A stretch of 20,000 nucleotides of DNA. Source: an uncultured virus (IMG/VR IMGVR_UViG_3300021964_000044) (lineage: Duplodnaviria > Heunggongvirae > Uroviricota > Caudoviricetes). Position numbers and translations under genes: made by a program. The stretch lies in the IMG/VR virus record IMGVR_UViG_3300021964_000044; one strand, written 5' to 3'. The notes beneath the pieces are model-generated. The model saw only the letters and a list, made by a program, of their open reading frames with translations, searched no databases and was not told the DNA's origin. Positions 8,447 through 15,208 of the stretch are shown here, piece after piece. Each line of letters begins with the position of its first letter. The first letter of the stretch is position 1.

Positions 8447-8878
8447 ATGAAGAAAAAGAAGGCAGGCGCTAGAGAACGGGCTGATCAATTTTTAAATGAG
8501 ATTGGTACTGCCGGTGGCGCTATTGGAGCTCCCGGTTTAGTCACATTTGGCGCTGGAGATACAGCTAACCAAGTGATGGCTGGCAATGTCGACCAGTACG
8601 CAATGCAACGTTCCGCTCCAGGGGCTCTGGGTATCGGTGCTCAAGATCAGCAACCCCCAGCTATGCCTATGGACTTGGACGCCTCTTATTTAAAGCTGAA
8701 TCTCCCTGGATCTCCACTGCCGACTAACGGTCTCTTGACGCCTCAGTACCTCAGCAATGCTGAGATGGTGCAGAACCAGATCATGGCGGAGAATCAAATG
8801 TTATTGATGCAGCAAACTCCGTACCAAGGTCAACTGCCTATGGGTTATCCGGAGAGCCCTAAGAAAAAAGGACGCTAA
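8447..8878 (+). CDS. Hypothetical protein with Lys-rich termini
   Basis: 143 aa; begins MKKKKAG and ends PKKKGR; located in the head module. Confidence 0.65.
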   Translation: MKKKKAGARERADQFLNEIGTAGGAIGAPGLVTFGAGDTANQVMAGNVDQYAMQRSAPGALGIGAQDQQPPAMPMDLDASYLKLNLPGSPLPTNGLLTPQYLSNAEMVQNQIMAENQMLLMQQTPYQGQLPMGYPESPKKKGR

Positions 8879-8880
8879 TT

Positions 8881-9135
8881 ATGGATTCCACTAAAGCAAA
8901 AAAGGCCGTTGGTAAAGCGAAGCAGGCTAAAGAAATGGCTGCATTGATGACTGCACAAGCAATTGCAGACGCTCCCATCAACCCAGAGATTCAAGCTCCA
9001 ATCGCAACAATGCAGCCTGAAGACGGCTACATTAATCCTTATCGTCCACTGGGCACTGTTGCCTCTGTTCCTTACAGTGTTGGCAATATGCTTGGCGGTG
9101 GTAACTCCCCTATGTTTGTAAACCCAGAGGCTTAA
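8881..9135 (+). CDS. Small hypothetical protein with basic N-terminus
   Basis: 84 aa; starts 2 nt after the previous stop; MDSTKAKKAVGKAKQAK. Confidence 0.6.
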   Translation: MDSTKAKKAVGKAKQAKEMAALMTAQAIADAPINPEIQAPIATMQPEDGYINPYRPLGTVASVPYSVGNMLGGGNSPMFVNPEA

Positions 9136-9157
9136 ATAAGCGGGGTTGATAAACCCT

Positions 9158-9166
9158 TGTTATAAT
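9158..9166 (+). promoter_or_regulatory. Extended -10 promoter (TGnTATAAT) for the major capsid gene
   Basis: Perfect TGTTATAAT 82 nt upstream of the MCP ATG, in an intergenic gap; no canonical TTGACA at 17-nt spacing. Confidence 0.7.
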
Positions 9167-9248
9167 TTTTTGTAATGGAATCCCCATTTCCATACTTAAA
9201 GGCTTAAAAGCCCTCAGGTATCAGCTAAACCTGTGCTGAGAAACCAAC

Positions 9249-10394
9249 ATGTTTATTGATAACGATTTTCCAAAACTGTTGGGTGCTGAGCTGTATCGCC
9301 CTCACCCCGCATACGTGGTGGAAATGGCCTGCGAACCCGTCGTGGTCCATGACTTCACCAAACAACCCGGTCAAACTGTTCAGTTAGATCGTTACCGTTT
9401 CTTCGGGAACCCCGGCACCAAGACCAGCCGTGAGCGTACCCAAGATCAAACCATCGGTACTGCTAACAGCCGTTCGATCGTCAAGGACAAGGTGCTTGTG
9501 TCTCTGCGTGAGTACACCGGCCCTGCAGACCCGAACAACACCAACCTCCCGAGCACTTTCAAGATTGCTCGTGAGACCCTGATGACTGCTCAGCGTCTGC
9601 TGCTTGACACCGGCAACCTGAACATGTTCCACCAGAGCATCGGTTCTTTGACCCTGCTCGACGACTATCGCCGTTGGCGCGATCGCGTCTTCCTGGACGA
9701 ACTGTTCAAGGCTGAGTCTCGTGGTCAGTCTGGCGACACCCAAGGCGGTTACTACTACCCCAACGACCACACCAAGACCGGTGTGACCGTTTCTGCTTAC
9801 TCTGCTACTGAGTATGCTTCCGAGCGTTTCAAGTTCAACGTTAAGACCGACCTTCTGAACGTTGTTAAGAGCCTCCGTAAGCGCAACGTGCCTGTCTTCC
9901 AGGACGGCTACTACCGTTGTATTGCTGATCCCTCCTTCATGAAGGATCTGCGTGCTGATCAAGGCTTCCGTGAAGTGGCCCGTTACCCTGGCATGGGTCA
10001 GCCTAACCCTCTGATGGGTATTGGCGCTCCTAACGCCGCTATCTACGCTGGTGGTCAGTATGGCCAAGCCCAGTTCGTGGGTGGTGAGCCTGTGATGCCT
10101 TCCGGTTTCGTGTTTGAAGGTGTCCGCTTCTTCGAGTCCACCAACTTCCCCGACAAGACTGCTACCGTTGACATCGGCGATGGCTCTGGTGCTGTTGCTA
10201 ACCGCACCACCCCTGCTGGCTTGTTCTTCGGTCCTCAGGCTGTTGGTGTTGGTATCGGTGGTCCTAACGCTCAGGTCCTGATCAATAACAACGACGACTT
10301 CTCTCGTTTTATCATCCTGATCTGGCAACTGTACGCTGGTTTCGCGAACCTGAATAAGGACTTCGTGACCACTGCCTTTACCATTTCTGAGTGA
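9249..10394 (+). CDS. Major capsid protein (HK97-fold expected)
   Basis: 381 aa after the scaffold. Strong C/T-ending codon bias typical of high expression. PGQTVQLDRY E-loop-like segment, GFVFEGVRFFESTN and DDFSRFIILIWQLYAGF resemble phage MCP C-terminal motifs. Confidence 0.88.
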   Translation: MFIDNDFPKLLGAELYRPHPAYVVEMACEPVVVHDFTKQPGQTVQLDRYRFFGNPGTKTSRERTQDQTIGTANSRSIVKDKVLVSLREYTGPADPNNTNLPSTFKIARETLMTAQRLLLDTGNLNMFHQSIGSLTLLDDYRRWRDRVFLDELFKAESRGQSGDTQGGYYYPNDHTKTGVTVSAYSATEYASERFKFNVKTDLLNVVKSLRKRNVPVFQDGYYRCIADPSFMKDLRADQGFREVARYPGMGQPNPLMGIGAPNAAIYAGGQYGQAQFVGGEPVMPSGFVFEGVRFFESTNFPDKTATVDIGDGSGAVANRTTPAGLFFGPQAVGVGIGGPNAQVLINNNDDFSRFIILIWQLYAGFANLNKDFVTTAFTISE

Positions 10395-10412
10395 TAAGGG
10401 AGGTACTAACTA

Positions 10413-11219
10413 ATGGCAACTTACAAATCTGAAGCCGGTGCTATTCTGCAGCCCGGTAATCAAATCAACCGCCTGTCCTCCTACAACACCGAAGGTGTTT
10501 ATGCCTGGCCAGGTCTTGAGTTCTATGAGCTCATCGGCTACTTCAAGGTCGATTCCACCACTGGTGTTACTAGCGGTGATCTGATCGTTCCTTCCCCTGA
10601 CCGTCGTCCCGACGATCGTGTGCGCGATGACCGCACTTCCCTGGTGGTTCAGGCTGACGCTGCGCGTCCTGCTTACGTCTACCAGACTTCGATCGCTCTT
10701 GGTCAGGACATCCCTGCTGGTGGTGAGCCTTCTTTCCCTGCTTCTCCTGTTACTGCCGACCTCGTTGGTACTAACACCGAGATCGTCACACTGAAGCCTG
10801 CCAATGGCGCCAACCCTGTCCCCACCCCTGCTTCCGTCCTTAACGGTATCAAGGCAGCTACCTCGCAGCTGACTGCTTTCGCTAGCGGCTCGATTGCTCA
10901 GGGCGACTCTGGCGTTTCTACCGCCAAGGTTCCTTTCATCGACGCTGTCACCGCCACCATCGCCGCTGGCGACTTCGTCGATTCCATGATGTATGAAGTC
11001 ACCGCTGATACCACCTTCAAGGTGTTCAACGTGACCGCTCTGACCGCCACCACTCCTGATGGCGCTGGCATCTCTATCAGCTCCGCTGACGTGGACGCTG
11101 GTAAGGCTGCTTACATCATCGGTCGTGTTAACTACGTCCGTCCTGCTGCTGCTTCTACCTTCGCAGACATCCAGGGCTTCATCGATTTCGCCTCACAAGT
11201 GGGCGGTTCCGATAGCTGA
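10413..11219 (+). CDS. Abundant virion structural protein (capsid decoration/minor capsid candidate)
   Basis: 268 aa, Ala/Thr/Val beta-rich; strong SD AAGGGAGGT at 10396-10404; same codon bias as MCP; lies between MCP and the terminator. Confidence 0.6.
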   Translation: MATYKSEAGAILQPGNQINRLSSYNTEGVYAWPGLEFYELIGYFKVDSTTGVTSGDLIVPSPDRRPDDRVRDDRTSLVVQADAARPAYVYQTSIALGQDIPAGGEPSFPASPVTADLVGTNTEIVTLKPANGANPVPTPASVLNGIKAATSQLTAFASGSIAQGDSGVSTAKVPFIDAVTATIAAGDFVDSMMYEVTADTTFKVFNVTALTATTPDGAGISISSADVDAGKAAYIIGRVNYVRPAAASTFADIQGFIDFASQVGGSDS

Positions 11220-11246
11220 TAAGCGGATCGTAAAATCCAACTTTTC

Positions 11247-11273
11247 GCGGGCCGCCACAGGCCCGCTTTTTTT
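11247..11273 (+). terminator. Rho-independent terminator
   Basis: GCGGGCC-GCCACA-GGCCCGC followed by T7, just after the MCP/decoration pair. Confidence 0.9.
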
Positions 11274-11325
11274 ATGGCTAAATGGTATTAATCTTGATAT
11301 GCTTATCTAGTGATTTATTGAAATT

Positions 11326-11766
11326 ATGTTGTATCAAAACCGTGTGACTGGTGGTCTTGTTGAAGTTATCTCCCAGCACGGTGCAGGTATCCTCATGTGC
11401 GTTGACGCCAATGAAGAAGTTCTTTATCTGAATGAGGAGGACCTGACTCCACACCTGGAGGCGACTACGGAGAAGATGAAAAATGAGGAACGTCTGACGG
11501 AAGATTTAAAGTCAGATGGCGCTAATCCAGCCAAGCCGACAAAAAAAGAAACATTTCCTAACGACACTCGTATCAATATCAACCTTGCATCAGCTCGTCA
11601 GATTGCCGATGCTTTGCCCGGTGTCGGATTAAAAACTGCACGTGATATTAAAGATCTGCAGATGTCCCTCCCTGGCGAGCGCTTCCAACGGTTGGAGCAA
11701 CTTAAGTCTGTTAAGCGTGTTGACTGGGAGGAAATTTTCAAAGAGAATTTAGTGCGTGTTGAGTGA
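11326..11766 (+). CDS. Helix-hairpin-helix (ComEA-like) DNA-binding domain protein
   Basis: ININLASARQIADALPGVGLKTARDIKD...FQRLEQLKSVKRV matches the ComEA/HhH_3 pattern (ININxAS...LPGIG...A..I....F...E.L..V); small beta-rich N-terminal domain. Confidence 0.8.
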   Translation: MLYQNRVTGGLVEVISQHGAGILMCVDANEEVLYLNEEDLTPHLEATTEKMKNEERLTEDLKSDGANPAKPTKKETFPNDTRININLASARQIADALPGVGLKTARDIKDLQMSLPGERFQRLEQLKSVKRVDWEEIFKENLVRVE

Positions 11767-11835
11767 TAATTGGCGCGTGCTAATGTGTTATTGGAGCATC
11801 TAAAGCGTTGCCCAGTAATGCATTGGTGATGGTTA

Positions 11836-12315
11836 ATGCAGCTTGATAATTTTCTAAAGTCCAAAGTTCGTTGGCACTTGGGTTATAACTTAACCTCGGT
11901 GCCAGCGGGTGATATAGCTCGCCTAGAGGAGGCTTTAAGCAACATCCAGGATTCCTACTGGTATGGCAAGATTGTCGAGCAGTTGAGTCGCTGTGATGAA
12001 GCAGAAAAGCGTACAGACATGACCGGCTCAGTCAATAACGACACTGTGCCGCGTAGCCGGATCGAATCGATCGCCGGTGACGTTGATCGTACGATTGCAA
12101 CGTCTGATTTCAGGGATACGTTGAAGACGTGGACGCAGATTTATATTTACGAAACAGATAGGTTAGCATTACATTTATATGTCCCTAACTACAGAAATCC
12201 AGAACAAGCGCGGTATAGATTTAATCGGGAGGGTGCGGAGTTTATTCAGGCTCTTCCTGGTCCTGCTGATACTGCTGTTGGCACCCGCCTTTTACTTGAA
12301 AACAATTTCCGGTGA
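11836..12315 (+). CDS. Hypothetical virion protein, possible head-tail adaptor
   Basis: 159 aa, helical, KVRWHLGY near the N-terminus; located after the capsid genes. Function inferred from position. Confidence 0.45.
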   Translation: MQLDNFLKSKVRWHLGYNLTSVPAGDIARLEEALSNIQDSYWYGKIVEQLSRCDEAEKRTDMTGSVNNDTVPRSRIESIAGDVDRTIATSDFRDTLKTWTQIYIYETDRLALHLYVPNYRNPEQARYRFNREGAEFIQALPGPADTAVGTRLLLENNFR

Positions 12316-12331
12316 GAATATTTCAGTTGAA

Positions 12332-13057
12332 ATGGAACGCAAATTACTAGAAAAATTTTACCAAACTCCTGAAGCTAAAAGGCTGTTAGATACGATCAGT
12401 TTTGCTGAGGGGACGTATCGTGACAACCCAGAAGAGTCGTACCGTGTGATGTTTGGCGGTGGTCTATTTAATGACCTCAGTAGGCATCCCGATAAGGTCA
12501 TTCATGGCGGTAGATATAGCAGTGCAGCAGCTGGCCGCTATCAATTCATGCCTGGTACATGGGAGAATACTTCGGGTCGTTTAGGTCTCCAAACTTTTCA
12601 GCCTAGGGAGCAAGATTTAGCTGCTTTAAAACTGGCTAGGGATCGTCTTTTACCTATAGGCGGACTGTCTATTTTACAGAAAGAAGGGTTTTCTCCACGT
12701 GTTTCAAACGCTTTAGCACCAGAGTGGGCCTCATTCCCTACTTTTGAGGGTGTCAGCTACTACGGCCAGCCAGTCAGATCCTATTCAGAGCTTGATAAGT
12801 TCTATCGGAATGTAAAAGCTCCTGGATCAGTGCCAGTCTCAACTCCCTCAGCGCCAGTTTCAACCCCCTCAGAGTCAGTTAAACCCGAGGTGAAGGAAGA
12901 TACCAAGCCAAAAGAGCAAAGAGGTATGCAGTTTTTACGTAATTATCTGCATTTTCTTCCTGGATTTGGTAGTTCCATGATGCCAAAAGAAACTTCATCT
13001 ATCGATGCTCCTAAAATTCTGGCCCAGGCCTTCAAACCACCTCAATTTATGGAGTGA
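12332..13057 (+). CDS. Lambda-R-type lysozyme/lytic transglycosylase with C-terminal linker and tag
   Basis: LLDTISFAEGT (catalytic Glu), YRVMFGG, SAAAGRYQF, EQDLAAL, LAPEWASFP, YYGQP. ATG 12332 chosen because 12179 overlaps the upstream gene. Confidence 0.9.
   Translation: MERKLLEKFYQTPEAKRLLDTISFAEGTYRDNPEESYRVMFGGGLFNDLSRHPDKVIHGGRYSSAAAGRYQFMPGTWENTSGRLGLQTFQPREQDLAALKLARDRLLPIGGLSILQKEGFSPRVSNALAPEWASFPTFEGVSYYGQPVRSYSELDKFYRNVKAPGSVPVSTPSAPVSTPSESVKPEVKEDTKPKEQRGMQFLRNYLHFLPGFGSSMMPKETSSIDAPKILAQAFKPPQFME
12833..12874 (+). repeat. 21-nt tandem duplication (PVSTPSA/PVSTPSE) in the lysozyme linker
   Basis: ccagtctcaactccctcagcg followed by ccagtttcaaccccctcagag. Confidence 0.85.
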
Positions 13058-13677
13058 TGAGCGTGCAACAGTACGGAATAGCTGATATTGGCCGAGAGTT
13101 TCAGAAATATGGCCTGACTGTCAAGGAACACCCTGAATTCGGCGGTGTTGGCGGCCATGCGCCTGACTCGTATCACTATTATGGTGAGGCTATTGACGTT
13201 ACTGATTGGCGTCCTGACCTTGCACCAGAGCATAAAGGCGGCGAGCCGAAGGATTGGCGCGTCAGAACTGCTAATCTCATTCAGAGAGCACGTCAATCAC
13301 GTCTTTTTAACGAAACATTAGGCCCTGGTGATAAAGGTCACGACACGCATGCTCATTTGGCACTAAAGGATACCGTTCAAGCCACCCCTCAGCTTCTTCA
13401 ATGGGTAGCTACAGGTAGTTACGAGACCCCAGACGGTAGCACCACTACCCAAATGCCTCTCCAACAGAAAGATTCTCCTTTGGTTGGCTCTAAGGTCTCA
13501 GAATTAGATGCAAAAATTAAAAATACAGCAAAAGAAGAAAAAACTAATGCTGATCGGTTCCTCAGCTCTTTTGTTTTAGATAATTTGATGCCTAAAGCGC
13601 CTTCTTTCAAGCCACAGTCAAGCAGTGCAGCAGAAATGCTTCAATCTGCCTTCAAAGCACCTAAATTCATGACGTGA
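13057..13677 (+). CDS. Peptidase M15-like (Hedgehog/DD-peptidase fold) Zn metallopeptidase with C-terminal tag
   Basis: SYHYYGEAIDV fits SxHxxGxAxD, with a downstream HDTHAH third ligand; TGATG coupling to the lysozyme stop. Confidence 0.8.
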   Translation: MSVQQYGIADIGREFQKYGLTVKEHPEFGGVGGHAPDSYHYYGEAIDVTDWRPDLAPEHKGGEPKDWRVRTANLIQRARQSRLFNETLGPGDKGHDTHAHLALKDTVQATPQLLQWVATGSYETPDGSTTTQMPLQQKDSPLVGSKVSELDAKIKNTAKEEKTNADRFLSSFVLDNLMPKAPSFKPQSSSAAEMLQSAFKAPKFMT

Positions 13678-13955
13678 TGAGATTTGCTGCTGTACCTGGT
13701 TACTATCCTGGGTTCCCTGTGACGTATAACAATATGTATAACGACTACCAGCTGACTACGGCTGGTTATGGTGACCCTTTTAGTCCGGCAAAGACTGAAA
13801 AGCACACACCTTGTAACCTTGTCGTGTCATATACAGGTCAAAATGACCCACGCTACCAGTTGAACAATCCTGCTTACATGCGAGAGGTAATGCGTTCGCA
13901 CAGTGACAACATACCAATGGTAATTAACAACAGAAATCCTATTCAAAACCTATGA
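13677..13955 (+). CDS. Hypothetical protein
   Basis: 92 aa from ATG 13677; TGATG coupling upstream and ATGA overlap downstream. Confidence 0.6.
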   Translation: MRFAAVPGYYPGFPVTYNNMYNDYQLTTAGYGDPFSPAKTEKHTPCNLVVSYTGQNDPRYQLNNPAYMREVMRSHSDNIPMVINNRNPIQNL

Positions 13956-14188
13956 GCATTAAGCCGACTACAAAGCTGGGGTATATGTTTGGTCTCGGCG
14001 GTAGGGAACGGGTTCCCTATGAATCTAGTGCCTCTACAGGAGCTGTTTTTAGGGGTAGCGGACGTCGGATGGCCGGGGATGTCTACCCGTTAGGATTGTT
14101 AGAGCCTGGGTACATTCCAGAGCCTTATGTACCAGAACTTCTAGTACGCGATTTTGATTTTTCTATATCTGACGATTCAGATTTTTAA
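13952..14188 (+). CDS. Hypothetical protein
   Basis: 78 aa; ATGA overlap with the previous gene; fills the gap exactly. Confidence 0.5.
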   Translation: MSIKPTTKLGYMFGLGGRERVPYESSASTGAVFRGSGRRMAGDVYPLGLLEPGYIPEPYVPELLVRDFDFSISDDSDF

Positions 14189-14190
14189 CA

Positions 14191-14361
14191 ATGGCTAAGA
14201 ACAAAATGCCTCCTGAGCTTTTGGCTCACTTTAAGTCAAAGAATGAAGGCAAAGATTCAAAAGACGAGTCCAATAAAGATGATAAGGCAAAACGCAAAGA
14301 AGCGCTTTCTAAAGCACGGACTCGTTTAGAGAAGAAAGACAAGGGCGACGGCAAAAAATAA
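14191..14361 (+). CDS. Small highly charged Lys-rich protein (not in the ORF track)
   Basis: Hand translation: MAKNKMPPELLAHFKSKNEGKDSKDESNKDDKAKRKEALSKARTRLEKKDKGDGKK* (56 aa, 16 Lys); starts 2 nt after the previous stop. Confidence 0.7.
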   Translation: MAKNKMPPELLAHFKSKNEGKDSKDESNKDDKAKRKEALSKARTRLEKKDKGDGKK

Positions 14362-14404
14362 TCAACTCCGTTATAATTAAATTAGTGCAATCCGCTGAAT
14401 AAAC

Positions 14405-15199
14405 GTGTCTAGTACCAGCTCTAATAAACAGCCGTTGATGGTAGATCGTCCAGCATCTACCTCTACTTTGCTGACAGTTGCATCAGGACAAGCTTTTACC
14501 ACGAGTTTGATTCCAAGTGCGGTTGGTAACGTGACACGTATTTTTGATGTTGATAGTAGCCTGACGGATACATCAATTTCTGGTGCTTATATTGACGAGA
14601 TCTATCTTCAATACACTAAACGGCCTATTGAATTTATTGACGCAAAAGCCGCTGTAACTGGCACATATACGGTAGATGGCGCAGGTACAGGCATTGAGAT
14701 TGATTTTGGCACAGGTCATAATGCACGTGTTGGACAGCAAGTTTGGGCTGACTTTACATCTTGGAGTGCGGGTTCAGTCCCTATTGATCAGGCTTTAACA
14801 ATTACAGCCATCACTGATCAAACAATCACAGCGACGATACCTTCTCAGACTGCAGGTATCACTGGTAACGTCAGTGTGTATCTTCCGATTGATATTGTTT
14901 TTTACGCTGTAAATGTCGGGACTATTACAAATGTCAACCAAATCTTCCCTTTGTTTGTAACAAGCATTGAGGCTGTAGCGGCTAACTCTTATCACAGCCT
15001 TACTGACGCAAACGTTCTGCCTTATATCAATCACCCTGTCGTTCAAGCTGGCGCAAACTTTGGATCTGCTAATAGCACCACGGCACCTAAAATGCGGGGC
15101 CTAATGCTCAAGCGTGGGCAAGCCTTATATGCTGCTGCAAGTGGGGCCACAGCCTTGACTAACGGTTTCTATGTGAACGTTCAGGCAGGTTTCTATTGA
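14405..15199 (+). CDS. Virion structural protein with one beta-repeat module
   Basis: 264 aa, GTG start, Thr/Ser/Ala/Val-rich; GHNARVGQQVWADFTS...LTITAITDQTITAT module; TATAAT at 14372-14377. Confidence 0.65.
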   Translation: MSSTSSNKQPLMVDRPASTSTLLTVASGQAFTTSLIPSAVGNVTRIFDVDSSLTDTSISGAYIDEIYLQYTKRPIEFIDAKAAVTGTYTVDGAGTGIEIDFGTGHNARVGQQVWADFTSWSAGSVPIDQALTITAITDQTITATIPSQTAGITGNVSVYLPIDIVFYAVNVGTITNVNQIFPLFVTSIEAVAANSYHSLTDANVLPYINHPVVQAGANFGSANSTTAPKMRGLMLKRGQALYAAASGATALTNGFYVNVQAGFY

Positions 15200-15208
15200 T
15201 CTAAGGTA

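Noticed and set aside
9384..10328. 314-aa antisense ORF opposite the major capsid gene
   Set aside because: It is in codon register with MCP. The strong codon bias (few TTA/CTA/TCA) removes antisense stops. The product looks non-protein-like and has no expression signals.
11563..11766. Possible photosystem II psbU auxiliary gene
   Set aside because: The HhH fold is shared, but there is no signal peptide and the motif fits generic ComEA-like HhH. Not enough evidence for psbU.
12179..12331. 51-aa N-terminal extension of the lysozyme with a hydrophobic stretch resembling a signal/SAR anchor
   Set aside because: It overlaps the upstream gene by 137 nt in another frame, and ATG 12332 just after that gene's stop is more parsimonious. 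Not fully excluded; N-terminal proteomics would decide.
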